Below are positions 39,362 to 54,212 of a stretch of DNA of 64,000 nt, piece after piece. The DNA is from Felis catus. Lineage: Eukaryota. The stretch lies in the NCBI RefSeq assembly GCF_018350175.1, contig NC_058368.1:868001-932000 (forward strand). Direction: 5' to 3'. The first letter of the stretch is position 1, and every line of letters starts with the position of its first letter. Below the pieces are notes generated by a model. The model was not told where the DNA came from, did not search any database, and saw only the letters and a program-made list of their open reading frames with translations. Both the position numbers and the translations under genes were made by a program.

Positions 39362-42300
39362 GAAAGAAAGAAATTTTGTTCCTATCAGTCTCTTACCATG
39401 TAAGTAATAGTAAAATCTATACTGCCTTCAGAAAAAAACAAATCACTTAACTTTTGCAGCTTTAACATAAGAACTAAGAAGTAAAGGGGCTTTCTGGATT
39501 CTAAAAGCTTCCCTTTGCAAATAAAGATCCTGAGAGTAACAAAGATTTCAAATTCTAAACTGTTATTAAAAACGATTATTAAAAATGATTCCTGGGGAGC
39601 CCCAAGCTGGCTCAGTTGGTGGAGCATGCAACTCTGGTTGCAGGTTGTGAGTTTTGAGCCCTACACTGGGTGTAGAGATTACTTAAAATCTTTATTTAAA
39701 AAAATTATTCCGGGACAAATGAAGACATTTTAGGCAGAATAAGAAATAGAATCAAGTGCGGAATACCTTGGGGTGACGATGAGATTATAGAAACCACAGA
39801 TAAATTAAGTGGGAACCCAAAAGAAAAGAGCCTTACAGGCCTCAATTTTAAGGGTGAGACCTCATATCTAACATCTAAAAGCAGAAGTGTAATAAAGAAT
39901 GAGTGGGGGGCCTGGGTGGCTCAGTTAGTTAAGCGTCCAACTTCAGCTCAGGTCACGATCTCGCGGTTCGTGAGTTCGAGCCACATGTCGGTACTCACAC
40001 TCCCCCTATTTCAATACCAGAAGGCCTCTACCATCCAAAAGAAAATTCAGAAAAGGAGACTCAAGAAGGAAAACGTACAAAGCAAATCATCACGCTCAGA
40101 ACATGACAGAATTACTTAGAAATGACAAAATTAATTTTATGAAGTCAAGGAAATGATGAACAAAATTAGAGAATATAATGACATCTCTACTATACTCCCA
40201 AATAATGCTGAGTTTGTAACAAAAATTTTTCAATTTTCAACATACGAATATGGGCCACCAGACACAAGACATCAGAGTGAATACAGCTCTCTGAGACAGA
40301 ACTTAACCAATACATACAAATGTTATGGGGCGCCTGGGTGGCTCAGTCGGTTAAGCGGCCGACTTCGGCTCAGGTCATGATCTCGCGGTCCGTGAGTTCG
40401 AGCCCCGCGTCGGGCTCTGTGCTGACAGCTCAGAGCCTGGAGCCTGTTTCAGATTCTGTGTCTCCCTCTCTCTGACCCTCCCCCGTTCATGCTCTGTCTC
40501 AAAAATAAATAAACATTAAAAAAATTAAAAAAAAAAAACAAATGTTATATATTTATACCTACACCTAGGATTCCATTTCTAAAGAGATACATGAATAAGT
40601 GAGCAAAGATCAGGCAGTCACAACCACGTTCATCACATTACATAAAACAAAAAGATCATGTGTAGTGTTCAAAAGATGTCCTTAAGAGACTCTTATTTTT
40701 GTTCGTTGGGCTGTATGTTAAAATGTGAACATTTATGGTTTCATTGTATGCACCACTGCCTGTAAAAATTCCTTTTGTCCATTATCTCACACATCTTATT
40801 TATTTCACTTTGATCTGTGTTAAAAAAAAAAAAAAAGGATTGTGTTGTTTTGTTTTTGAAAACATTTATTTTGGGGATAGAGAGCACGAGTAGGGGAGGT
40901 GCAGATAGAGAAGGGGACACAGGATCCGAAGTAGGCTCGGCGCTGACAACTAAGAGCCCACTGCAAGGGTCGAACTCAAGGATGGTGAGATCATGACCTG
41001 GGCCAAAGTCGGATGCTCAACTGAATCACCCAGGCACCCCAAAAAAGTTTTTAAAACCTAACATAAGTTCTGTTTATAGGTATAATTACTAAATTTGCTC
41101 TTTTTAGTAGTGTAGAAAAATATTTCATAGGTATAAAGACTAAAAGGAAACAAATCAGTGATCAACCATTAATGCTCAATCTGGAGGTTCTTATGTGTAG
41201 AGTTTCTTCTTCTCCTCACTCTGCTCTAAACTAATCCATCACTGGTTTAGCTGTAATACTACTGATAATTGTCCATAGTACGTTTTATAGAAGTCCTGTG
41301 AAATTCTACCATTTGGAAAGGACCTCTGATTATGTTTCATGAACATCTCTTCAGATTTTCCTTTCTGCTAGATATAATTTTACACAGAATAATTCACCTG
41401 TCCATGCTTTCTTCAGACATCCTTTATCATTCAATATAAAATGGCACCATTTCAGATGTATGCATGCACCATAATTTTTAACCATACTTATTGGTGGACA
41501 TTCAAGGTTTCTATGTTTTCTGAAATGAAACAGAATGATTAACATAATTGTGACTGGGGTACCTGGGTGGCTCAGTCAGTCAAGCATCCTACTCCTGGTT
41601 TCGACTCAGGTCATGATTTCATGGTTTTGTGAGTTCGAGGCATCGGGCTCTGTGCTGGCAGTGCTTGGAATTCTCCCTTTCCCTCTCTCTGTCCCTCCCC
41701 CACTCACCCTGTCTCTGTCTCTCTCAAAATAAATAAACTTAGAAAAAATATATATTTGTGACTGATCTTTCCTCACTTGTTCAGGGATCTCTTTAGAAGC
41801 AGAATGGTGAGAACAAGGTGATGTGATGACTTAAAAGATGATGCAACCTTTTGTGTATGCAATTAAAAAAAGGATTATGTAAGGACAATTTGTTTCACTA
41901 CTAAATTCTTACACACATACAGCATTTTTGCAGGGTTTTGTCAATTTTAGTCTTTAATATAGGTGAGAATTGAAGAGTAATGATAAACAATTCTTAGGAT
42001 GATAAAGTAAGTTTTATGACAGAGGAAAAATAAAATCACTAGGACCTATATGATCTCAGATTACAAAATAACCCAATGGACCCATATGGTAAATTTTATG
42101 GAGAAAAAAAGTTTATTTAATATTCTTTTCTTCTGAAGACCTCTAATAAATAATAAAATATCAACCTTTATAAATACTTCTCAAAAACGAAAGTATAAAA
42201 CTAAAACTGGACCCAAATGACACCAACGGTGTAAAAGTTATGGGTGTTTTTCTGGAAAGGTAAATAAATAGTAATTCATACTTCCACCACCAGCAGGTAT

Positions 42301-42489
42301 GGCTAGATACCTCTTGTGTTTCCAATTTATATAAGCAAAAGCAATATTACAGTATTGTTTTTATTTAAGTATTTCTTCTTATTCTAAAAGAACCCCATTG
42401 AACAGAAAGATGTGATGAAGCAAATAATGTGATGGAAAAGTAATCCCTGGAAAGTAGGAATGTAAGATAGGAAAGGTATGAAAAAATTA

Positions 42490-43010
42490 ACGTATCAATC
42501 CCTTATCTGCTTAAAGAGTTACGAAAATAGGCCTGAAACAGCTATCCCACCATGCTAACAGATAAGGCTGATTTTCTGTGCCTAAACTGTGCAAACAATG
42601 TGGTTTATGTTGAACACAAACCATCTAAGCTTTTTTCCTTCGTGAAGTCCTAAATTCTGGTATTTTGCCAGGTAAGTGGGAACTTAAAAAACCAACCACC
42701 CTCCACCCCACTCCTTATATATGGACATGGCTACTAGGATCAGTTAAACTTCACCTGGTAGTTAAGACTTCATTCTATTGTCTCAACTAGTTGCTGGCAG
42801 AATTAAGCCAAGTACTTTTCCAACTCAACTGGAAAAGGACTCTTGGAAAGCTTATACCTAGTTTCCTCCAAACTCTACCTGGTGTGCATTTTTCCATTAC
42901 TGATTTTGCTCTGTATTCTTTTGCTGTAATAATCTTAGACGTAAAACTATATGCTAGGCCTGAGTCCAACTAGTGAATCATGAAACCAAGGAGACTTCCA
43001 AGATACACCT
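42490..43010 (+). mobile_element. Solo ERVL-type LTR (MER21/MER68/MER77-like)
   Basis: GGACTCTTGGAAAGCTT...GATTTTGCTCTGTATTCTTTTGCTGTAATAA...CTAGTGAATCAT resembles this LTR group. Confidence 0.6.
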
Positions 43011-45081
43011 GTAAGCATACTTATCAAATATAACTTTTGCTGACATACTCACATTTTTATTTCCATTCTTTTTTTCTGATCAGTTTCTTAACACAAATTT
43101 GGATCGTAGCATACATCTAGTCTTGTCTTGCGTCTTTTTTTTTTTACTTGCTACATTGTTTTATTTATAGAAAATAAATATACATTTTTTTAAATAGGTT
43201 CCACGCCCAACAGAGGGCTCGAACTCATGACCCCGAGATCAAGAGCCACATGCTCTACGGACTGAGCCAGTCATGCACCCCTATATATATTTATCTACAT
43301 GAATTTAAGTTTTTGAGCAGTAGTTAGCACAGATGCATAGCCAAAGGCCCTGCCATAAACAGATGTGGAGTTTGCAATGTGTTTAGTTTTGTTTGTATCA
43401 TTAATGAGATATAACTCACATACCATAAAATTCACATTTTAAAGTGTACAGTTCAATGGGTTTTAGTATATGTAACCATCACCATGATATAATACCAGAA
43501 TACTTTTATCGCCCCCCAAAAAAACCCAAATTCATTAGCTATGAATTCCCTATTTCCCTGAACCTCTAGTCTACTCTCTTCTCTGTGGTATATACTCCCT
43601 TTAAAAAAATTTTTCAGGGAACCTGGCTGGCTCAGTCAATAGAGCATGTGATTCTTCTTCTCAAGATCATGAGTTCAAGCCCCACACTGTGCACAGAGAT
43701 TACTTAAAAAATAATAAAGGAATTTTTTTCATGAGTTACATTTCCTGATGTCATGAAATATTCTACACACTAATCCACTATAAATATGATATACTTACTC
43801 AATTCTCTATTAAGAAATTTAGATGTAGCCAATCATGATAAACCAGATATAAAGCGATACACCAAAGTTTTGAGTCAAATACTTACTTAAAATATACCTC
43901 TATTATAACAGTAAAACAACCTTAAGGTTTTTATACTCAGTAACTAAATACCTCCAAGTGACCAATTTCCATCAGCACCAGGATTCATAAAACACTCACG
44001 TGACTTCACTTTCACTCACTGGGTATTCTTAAACCTTTGCCAATACATAAAATTAAAAAAAAAAAAAAAAATAGGGGCACCTGGTGCCTCAGTCAGTTAA
44101 TCATCTGACTATTGATTTCAGCCCAGGTCATGATCTCATGAGTTCCATTAGAAGGCTTAACTAACAACAAAGTTCCTGAGCAAGGAAGAGTCTCTAAAAA
44201 AAAAAAAAATCACTCCACCTATAGCACAATATGAAAAGAAAGGATGAGGCGCCTGGGTGGCTCAATCGGTTAAGTATCCAACTTTGGCTCAGGTCATGAT
44301 CTCATGGTCCATGAGTTCGGGCCCCATGTTGGGCTCTGTGCTGACAGCTCTGAGGCTGGAGCCTGCTTCAGATTCTGTGTCTCCCTCTCTCTCTGCCCCT
44401 CCCCCACCCCCACTCCTGCTCTCTCTCTCAAAAAAATGAATAAATGTTAAAAAAAATTTAAAAAAAAGGGATGTGGCATCAGGCTAAAATTCACCATTTA
44501 TTCGTTGTGCAATCTTACACAAATTATTTAACATCTCTGGGTCAGTTTTCTCATCTGAAAAATACAAAATCCAACATGCTTATGTTTATGACCATGATTA
44601 TGAAACAGAATGGATAATACAATGTCAACACTTGCCCATTCCCTCAAAATTGTTTTTAAGTTATTCTAAAAGCTACCTGTAAGACATGGTTAATTGTTTT
44701 CCAATGCCTGGCTGTAACTTTTAAAAAATACCAATTAATCAAAGCTTGCAATGGAAAAAATACTAATCACATGCCTTGAGTATTTTTAGTTCCTTCCTTC
44801 CTTCATTAAATAATTGATTAGCTGGGGTACCTGGGTGGCTCAATCAGTTAAGCACATGAATTTTGATTTCTGCTCAGGTCATCATCTCAGTTCATGGGTT
44901 TGAGCCCCGTAACAGGCTCCATGCTGACAATGCAAAGACTGCTTACAATTCTCTCTCTGCCCCTCCCATGCACCCACTTTGATCGCGCTCTCTCTCTTGA
45001 AATAAACAAAAAAAAACTTTAACAAATTATTATTATTAGCTTAATTTGTAGCCAGGAATTATTAAAACACAGGTGCTAGAA

Positions 45082-45364
45082 GAGTATCGTGGTAGATGAA
45101 ATAAGTCAGAGAAAGACAAATACCATAGCATTTCATTCATGTAGAATTTAAGAAACAAAGAAGAAAAAAAAAGAAAAAACAAAAAACAATCTTAACAACA
45201 GAGAGCAGGGGAAGTGGGTGAAATAGGTAAAGGGAATTAAGAGTACACTCATCTTGCTGAACACTGAGTAATATACAGAATTGTTGAATCACTGTATTGT
45301 ATGTACACATGAAACTAATATAAAACTATATATTAACTGTACTGCAATTAAAATTAAATTTAAA
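45082..45364 (+). mobile_element. Short L1 3'-end insertion
   Basis: GAAATAAGTCAGAGAAAGACAAATACCAT L1 3' motif, flanked by AAAA(C/T)ACAGGTGCTAG direct repeats. Confidence 0.75.
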
Positions 45365-45989
45365 AAAATACAGGTGCTAGGATTATAGTACTGAACAAGA
45401 CCAAGTCCCTGCCCTCAATGGAACTTGGCATTCTCCTGCAGGGAAAGACCTACAAATTAAACCAGTAAATGCTATGACAAAAAATAAATTGGAGAGTATC
45501 AGTTGATACTGCAGAGGGGATGAATAAATGAAGATAAAGCAGCTTCTCTAAGATGTTTCTTAGCAAAATATGAATAAAGTGGAACAAGGAGAGCAAGCAT
45601 TCTCTAAACAGAGTGTAAGACCAAAATCTCTGAGAACTGGCAGTGCTGTAAAACATATGTAAAACGAATTAAAGCTTTAGCATGAACACCTGACAGTCCC
45701 AAACAAATTGAAAAATGCTTTACATATCACCAAACTATGCTCCATGGGGCAGAAATGTTTTACACTGACCTTGTGTCCAACTCCCCAAACCTTAAAACAT
45801 TTGAATACTCCCAACCAATAGTAAAGTAAATGGATACTTTATCTCTAACAGAGATAAAGGAATCAATGCAGCAATCAACTAAGGAACTTTTCCACCAAAT
45901 CCAGTCTAAAGACTAAGGATGAACATCAAGAACACCACCCTGGGCAAATTGAAAGCAAAGGCATGTTAATACGGCAACAGGTTAAATGA

Positions 45990-48780
45990 TTATTATAATT
46001 ACTTACGAATATTTTTAAGTAAATGGATATACCATTCATGGACTAGAAAAAAGTCAGTATTATGAAGATGTCAACTGTTCCTCAGAATGACCTGAACACT
46101 CAACACGATTCTAATCAAAAGCCCAGAAGAACTTTTTTCAATTGACAAGGTGATTTTAAAATCAGTAAAGATGCAGGGGGTGCCTGGGTGGCTCAGTCAG
46201 TTAAGCGTCCGACTTCAGCTCAGGTCATGATCTCACAGTTCGTGAGTTTGGCCCCACAGCCAGTTTGGGATTCTCTCTCTCTGTCCCTCCCTCACTCATG
46301 CTCTCTCCTGCTTGCTCTCAAAATAAACTTTAAAAAATATATAAATAAATAAAATAAAATCAGTAAAGATAATCTGAAACTAAAGTAACATTGTACATTA
46401 ATTACACTCAAATTGGGAAATAAATAAAATCAGTAAGGCTATACCAAAAAAAAAAAAAAACACAACACCCAGAACAATTAAAAAAAAAAAAAAACAAAAC
46501 AATTCAGTTGGGTGACACTACTTGATTTCAAACCTTAGCATAGTGTGGGGTGCCTGGTGGCTCAGTCAGTAAAGCGTGCAAATACTGATCTCGGTGTTTT
46601 AAGTTCGAGCCCCACACTGGGTAGAGATCACTAAAAAATAAAATCTTTCTTTCTTTTCTTTTTAAAGTTTATTTATTTATATTGAGAGAGACAGAGACAG
46701 TACCTGAGCAGGGGAGGGGCAGAGAGAGAGAGGGAAAGAGAGAATCCCAAGCAGGATCCATGCTGTCAGCAGAGCCTGATGTGGGGCTCAAACTCACGAA
46801 CTGTGAGATCATGACCTGAGCCGAAACCAAAAGTTGGACGCTTAAGCAACTGAGCCACCCAGGCGCCCCTTAAAAATAAAAGCTTAAAAAAAAAAGAGTG
46901 AAAGACAGTACTGGTGTAAAAGACACACCAATTGGTGAAATGAAAGAGTGCAGATTTTCTTCCCCTCGATTTTTGATAAACGGTAAAAAAGGAGAAATCA
47001 TAATCTTTACAATTACTGGTGCTGCAACAAATGGCACTTATATGGAAAAAAAAAATCTACTATCTCACAGCATACTCAAAATGGATCACAGGTATAAATA
47101 AAAAAGCTAGGGATGCTGGGGTGGCTCAATCAGTTGAGCGTGAAACTCTTGATCTCAGCTTGGATCTTGATCTCAAGGTCATGCGTTCAAGCCCCACGTT
47201 GGGGTCCACGCTGGGCATGGAGCCTACTTAAAAAAAAAAAAAAAAGAAAAAGAAGAAAAAAAGCTATAAAATGTCTTAAGAAAGGACAAGAAAGGCTTTG
47301 CTACCTTAGGAAGGGAAAAAATTTTCATACAAGGATCCAAAAAACATAAATCATAAAAGAAAAAAAATGTAAATTATACTTCACTGCTTTCTGAAGAACA
47401 CTACTAAGAAAATTAAAAAGCAAGCCACATACTAGGAGAAATAGTCCTAAAACAGACCTGTATCCAGATTTTTTATTCGGTAAGGCAAACCACCCAATTA
47501 AAAAATAGACAGGGACACCTGGGTGGCTCAGTCAATTAAGCATCTGACTCTTGATTTCAGCTGAGGTCATGATCTCACGGTCTGTTGAGATCAAGCCCCA
47601 GGTCGAGCTCCACGATGACCATATGGAGCCTGCTTGCAATTCTCTCTCCCTCTATCTCTCTGCCCCTCTGCCACTTGTGCTCTCTCTCTCTCTCTCTCTC
47701 CAAAATAAATATTTTTTAAAAATAAAAATTAGGGGCGCCTGGGTGGCTCAGTCGGTTAAGCCTCTGACTTCAGCTCAGGTCACGATCTCGCGGTCCGTGA
47801 GTTCGAGCCCCGCGTCAGGCTCTGGGCTGATGGCTCAGAGCCTGGAGCCTGCTTCCAATTCTGCGTCTCCCTCTCTCTCTGCCCCTGCCCCGTTCATGCT
47901 CTGTCTCTGTCTCAAAAATAAGTAAAACGTTAAAAAAAAAATAAAAAAATAAAAAAAATAAAAACTAAATTTAAAAAATAGGCAAAAAATTTCAAGATAC
48001 TTCACAAAAGATATAAAAATAGACAAAAAGCAAATGAAAAGATGCTAATCATTAGTTGTTTGGAAAATAAAATTTAAACTCACCAGGAGACACTCCTATA
48101 CTAGACTATCCAAAAGACTAAAACTATCAAGTGTTGGTGAAAGTATGGAGCAACTAGAACTCTCTCACTCATTGCTTGTAGGAATGTAAAATGATACAAC
48201 CATTTTGAAAAACAATTTGGCAGTTTCTTATGAAGTTGAAAATTCAGCCATTTATCCCTAATTACCCAAGCCACATGAAAGTATAATGTTCACAAGAAGC
48301 CTGTACAGAAATGTTCATAGTAGCTTTATTCACAATGGCTAATAGTTGAGAGCATCTCGAACATTCACCCACCCTTAGGTCACTGGGCAAACTGTAATTA
48401 TGTCCATATGGTGGAATAAAACTCTGCCATAAAAGTGAGCAAAATACTAATACAATGATATGGATGGAATCTCATTAACATTATGCTCAGCAAAAGATAT
48501 GAGACACAAAAGAGTACAAATTATTTCACTTATATGAAATAACCAGAAAAGACAAAAGACAAACTAATTTATAAGAGCAGAAAGACCAATAGCTATCTAG
48601 GACAGGGTTAAGGGGCAGAGAGAAACTGCAAAAGGGCATAAAGGAACTCGTCAGGATGATGAAAATGTTCTAGATCTTGATTGTGGTGCTAGGTTGCATA
48701 CATCTGTTAAAACTCCTTGAGTTCTATGTTTAAAATTGGGAACATTTTAATTCATGCAAATTATGCCTTAAAAAAACCTG
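45990..48780 (+). mobile_element. Old L1M ORF2/3' fragments interleaved with SINEs
   Basis: L1 motifs such as GGATATACCATTCATGGA and TACAACCATTTTGAAAAACAATTTGGCAGTTTCTTA. Confidence 0.75.
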
Positions 48781-49086
48781 AGTAAAATGTAATTCATCCA
48801 TTCGTTATTTAAATATAAAATTTTACTCTGCATATAACATTCAGTAAACTGAATAAAAATCGTAATACAAATCATTTCTAAGATTCAAGTATGAATCAAT
48901 ACACTGAAGTCTGAAGTATGACTCTTGGAATCACACAAAAATTCCTGTTTATATTCACTATATACTTATTCAACACCTACTTACCATATGACAAGACAGT
49001 ATGAACTGTATAAAGAAAGACAAGTTCAGCACAGAGAGAGAAGCCCATATGTAACTGCACAGGATGATGAGATGTTTAAAACTTAC

Positions 49087-49388
49087 GTTGTTAGCAAGAA
49101 TGCCCCATCACCACATCTTTCCAGAGCCTTTCGTGCAGGAGGTTTTGCTGCAAATTCTACAAAACCTTTTCCTGTAGCTCTACCACGATCATCCACAACC
49201 ACAACAGCTTTCTCTACTGGACCAAACTGGGAAAATGCTTGCTCTAGAAGCTCATTGGAAACAACCGGCGAGAGGTTCTTGACAGTTAGGGCTGCTCCAT
49301 GTGTAGCAAAACGAATTCGGAGAGGTCTGCTCTTCAAAATGGTGCCATCCAGCTCTGCTTTTGCAATTTCAGCCAGTGTTCTGGATTC
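49087..49388 (-). CDS. PSPC1: PSPC1 coding exon 2 (end of RRM1 and RRM2)
   Basis: [15 protein letters not shown]...[23 protein letters not shown]...[28 protein letters not shown]. Acceptor AAAAAG|GAA, donor AC|GTAAGT, 302 nt. Confidence 0.98.
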
Positions 49389-52300
49389 CTTTTTAGGAGG
49401 AAAAATCACTTTTTAAAGATGATAGTAATAACACAAATACTTTTAAATAGTGGTTTCTAGGGAGAAGAGCTGGGTAGCTTTTGGAAATGGCTGATAGGGT
49501 CACTTCGTTTTTGTCTTTCAATTTTGGTATCACATGCATTTTATTAAGTGTTCAAAAAATAACTGTAAACATTTTAATTAGAAAATCCCAACCCAAATGT
49601 CCCAAGTCATCAAAGATGGTCTACTCATACACAAATTACGAGCTAGTAAATATTCACAGCAGTATCTTTTTTAAATCTCTTACATATATTAAGAGAAAAT
49701 CATAATTACTTTTTGAGACCAAGCACCGGTTACTAGAAGCTATTACTGAACAGAATAATTTTCAGTATATACTGTTTTTTGATATTTATATCTTTTATTA
49801 AAACAACCCACCTCTCCAATGCTACACAAATCCCCTTTCCTCTTTCATTTTTTACATTACCTATGAAAACTACTATTAGATGTTAACGAGGTCTCCTGAA
49901 ATACTTTCATGGGCTACACATTTCTCCATTATATTGAGAGAAGCAAACACATACATTCATGGGCTGTAAGAGTTATCTCCATTATACAGAAAATCAAGTG
50001 CACACCCGTTTATAAACTAGAAAATATGTTCAATGCTGAAACCACAAGAGAACTTCCTTCTTGAAGAATTCAAAGTTGGTATAGAATACAGACATCTAAA
50101 CATAATCAACAAACAAGTTTAATATAAGTATGTTCTTTTCCTTTGTGTTGTGAGAACTCTACAGTGAGAATTTAAACAGGTTTTATATGCATTTGTAGTA
50201 AGAGTAAAAATATACTGTCTTATGAAAAAAGTCTTAAGGTCACAACAGATCTTTATTTAATATCTAAAATACAACAACTTTAAATTACTACAACTTACAC
50301 AAAAATCTATAGAACTAATTTTACAAAGACAAGTCTAACCTTTTTTTTTAATGTGTATTTATTTTTGAGAGAAAGAGAAAGAGCACGATCAGAAGAGGGG
50401 CAGAGAGAGGACAAAGGATCCAAAGCAAGCTCTGTGCTGACAGCAGAGAGCCCGACACAGGGCTCAAACTCACCAACTGTGAGATCATGACCTGAGCCGA
50501 AGTCAGATGCTTAACTAACTGAGCCTCGGGGTACCCCAACAAATCTAACCTTTTTACAGATACTCAAAATGGCTACTTTTTAAAAATGTTTTTATTTATT
50601 TTTGAGACAAAGAGAGACAGAGCATGAGCAGGGGAGGGGCAGAGAGACAGGGAGACACAGAATCTGAAGCAGGCTCCAGGTTCTGAGTTGTCAGCACAGA
50701 GCCTGACGCAGGGCTCGAATGCATGGATTGTTGAGATCATGACCTGAGCCGAAGTCAGATGCTCAACCGACTGAGCCACCCAGGTGCCCCTCAAAATGGC
50801 TATTTTTAAAAAATTACTCTTAGAAATTTTTAATTAAAATTACTCTTAACATAGTAATACCAGCAAACATTTAATAAATATCTAACAGGGGATAGGCACT
50901 TTGCACCTCATCTGTCATATGACCCAACAACTCTTAAGAGGTAGATTTTAAGAATGAAGTCTTGAATTAAAATGCTGTTAGGTATGGAGTGCCTGGGTAG
51001 CTCAGTCAGTTAAGAACCTGACTTCTGAAGCTCAGTTCACAATATCACAGTTTGTGAGTTGGAGCCCCACGTCGGGCTCTGTGCTGACAGTGCAGAGCGT
51101 GCTTCAGATCCTCTGTCTCCCCCTCTCTCTGCCCTTTCTCTGCTCACTCTCAAAAATAAACAAATATTAAAAATAATAATAATAATGCTGTTAAGTTTAA
51201 TTGGGAATGGGAAGGGACAGGGGGAAATTTCAAGAGATGATAACGTTCTCTATCCTGATAGTTTGAATTAAACAAATGTTATTTACCTAAAATCACCAAA
51301 TTGTACACTGAAAATTTGTTCATTTTGCTGTATGCAGATGTCAAATACCTCAAAAATAATATTGGACTCTAGTTACTAGTAAGCATGCTGGATGGGCGCC
51401 TGGGTGGCTCAGTCGGTTGAGCATCCGATTTCGGCTCAGGTCATGATCTCGCGGTTCGTGAGTTCGAGCCCCGCGTCAGGCTCTGTGCTGACAGCTCAGA
51501 GCCTGGAGCCTGCCTCAGATTTTGTGTCCTCCGCCCAGTCTCTCTCCGCCTCACCCCTGCTTGTGCTCTTTCAAAAATGAATAAACATTAAAAAAAAATT
51601 TTAATAATAAGCATGCTGGAGTGTTTAAGAGTCAAGAACTGATGGATGAAAAGATGAATAGATACGTGAAAAACACATTATAAGAAAACTTAAGTATGAA
51701 TCTAGATGGTGGATCTATGGATGTTCATTTCTATGTATCTGAAATTTTTCATAATAAAATGTTAGGGGTAGAAGGATAAAGAGAACTTGGTGAGGACTTT
51801 CTAAAAGTGAAAAGTGCTTCCAGAGGATGTCTCCTCTTCAGATTCAGTCAAGTATAATCACAATGTCATATATTTTGTTTTTCCACAGAGGAAGCAGAAA
51901 ATCCCCAATTTTTATGTTAAATCAAGTAATTTTTTTTACAGTTGGCAATGAATTCAATTTTTAATACTTTTGAGCCAAATGAAATGTTTATGCTGTCAGG
52001 AATTTTCAATGCCATGATCCTTCTTCAAAGTTTATACTCTTCGTGGTTTTAAATAATTCCACACCGGAGTTTCTCAACTTTAGCACTATTGACATTATGG
52101 GCAAGATAATTCTGGGGGGGGTCTGTGCATTACAGGAGACTTAATAAGCCAACAGAAACAACCCCCACTTCTGACAATGAAAGATGTCTCCAGACATCGT
52201 CAAATGTCCCCTGGGAAGCAGAACCACTCCATGTAAGAACCACTGCTGTTGGAGCACCCAGGTAGCTCAGCTGATTAAGCTTCAGGTCTTCATCTCAGGG

Positions 52301-52819
52301 TAGTAAATTCAAGCCCTGCATTGGGCTCCATGCTGGGTACAGAGCCTACTAAAAAAGGGGGGGGGGGGGTTGCAATGCCTGGGTGGCTCAATCAGTTAAG
52401 CCTCCGCTTAACTCTTGGTTTCAACTCAGGTCATGATCTCACTGTTTGTAAGGTTTGTCAGATGGAAGGACAAAGAGCCTCCTTGGGATTCTCTCCCTTT
52501 CAGTAGGCCCCTCCCCCACTGGCATGCATGTGCTCAAAAACCACTGCTGTAAATCTCTACTAAAGTATCTGTAAAATCAATTAAAATTATGTGTTTGAAA
52601 TGAAACCAAATATTTGTTTACTTCACGACTCAGAATAATGATAACGAGGTAACTTTTACTAAGCAGGTAGTATATTCCAGCTCTTATTTTATATATATTC
52701 ACAAATATGTATGCATTATCTTCTACTGGTCTCATCAACAATCTTATAAAGTGGGTTTTTACTATCCCCACTTCACTTATGGGTAAACAGGCCTAGAGAG
52801 GTTGAAACAACTTGCCAAA

Positions 52820-53164
52820 AAATCTGGCCATTTGCAGCAACGTGGATGGAACTGGAGGGTATTATGCTAAGTGAAATCAGTTGGTCAGAGACAGACATAT
52901 ACCATATGTTTTCACTCTTATGTGGTTCCTGAGAAACTTATAAGACCATGGGGAGGGGAAGGGGGAAAAAAAAAGTCACAGAGAGGGAGGGAGGCAAACC
53001 ATAAGAGACTATTAAATACTGAGAACAAACTGAGGGTTGATGGGGGATGAAGGAAAGGGGAAAGTGGGTGATGGGCACTAAGGAGGGCACTTGTGAGGAT
53101 GAGCACTGGGTGTTGTATGGAAACCAATTTGACAATAAATTATATTTAATAAAAACAAACAAAA
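52820..53164 (+). mobile_element. 5'-truncated carnivore L1 3' end inserted in a MIR-like element
   Basis: CCATTTGCAGCAACGTGGATGGAACTGGAGGGTATTATGCTAAGTGAAAT through an A-rich tail. TSD GAAA(C/T)AACTTGCCAAA at 52804-52819 and 53165-53180. Confidence 0.9.
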
Positions 53165-53929
53165 GAAATAACTTGCCAAAGATCTATACAAAATTCATAA
53201 TCTCTACCAAATACATCATAAATCCCTCCTTTCAGCTAGTGTCCCAGCATGACTCTGTATAAAAAGTACAAGTACAGGTTCTTAACTAAATATAATACAA
53301 AAAGTATCAAGAAACTAGGTGACTATCCCAAGTTACAGATTGCTTGTAATAGGGTCAAATGATGTACATTGGATCCTTTCCAAAGGCTCATTCCAAAGCA
53401 CCTGATATTTTTCTCATTGTTCAACTAATAGTTAAAAGTTCCCACCGTAATAGTACTAATCCACTGAGATAAATTGGAAACAGCCTTCAAGTCAATCAAT
53501 AGAAAGTTGATCGGGTAAACGGCAGTCCATTCATACTGTGAAATACAATATGGTCATTAAAAATCAATCTCATGACATAAAAGATACCAGATATATTAAA
53601 TGAAAACCTGAAAACACAACAGAGTATATAGTATGGTTTGATTTTTTATGGAAAAATGAAAGATTAACAGTGATTACATTTAATGTGTTAGGGGACAATC
53701 TTTCACTAAAATTAAAACTGTAGTAAGAAAACTTCCCTGAACTAAAAGAGCATTTAAATTATATGCTAGACAGGCCTACTAAGGAGATTGTGCAACATCT
53801 TCTCTAATGTTTGACATTCCATAAGAAACACACAGCATTTCATACTTAAAAACAAAAAGCACGAGGGGAAAGGGTTTAATCCGCGATGACTATATTAAAT
53901 TCAGTTGATTTTTAACTCTTTAATTACAA

Positions 53930-54212
53930 CAGTGGTTCTCAAACCTTAGCAAACATAAGAATAACATGGAGGGCTAGCTAAAACCCAAGATTGAGGGCCC
54001 CAACCCACAATTTCTGATTCAGTAGATCCTGGGTGGGCCTTAGAATTTGCATTTCCAACAAATTCCCAGTTAACTGATGAGGTGAGACAATTTTTAGATG
54101 GGGTAGTCAGCATTGCTAGCGTGAATAGTAGGGAATATAAGTGGCCTTCTGCTTACACTGGGAGGACACCTGAATCTGTTGGACAGGGAACACACATTTA
54201 TAAATCACCGCT
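53930..54212 (+). mobile_element. MER5A (hAT-Charlie) split by a ~95-nt foreign insert at 54070-54164
   Basis: CAGTGGTTCTCAAAC...TTTCTGATTCAGTAG...AATTTGCATTTCCAACAAATTCCCAG, then the insert, then the degenerate MER5A 3' end. Confidence 0.8.

Noticed and set aside
48925..49416. 163-aa plus-strand ORF
   Set aside because: Antisense shadow of PSPC1 coding exon 2.
54138..54172. Resemblance to mitochondrial tRNA-Val (NUMT) or a snoRNA
   Set aside because: Only a short CTTACAC match with no cloverleaf or box motifs; better explained by the local inverted duplication.
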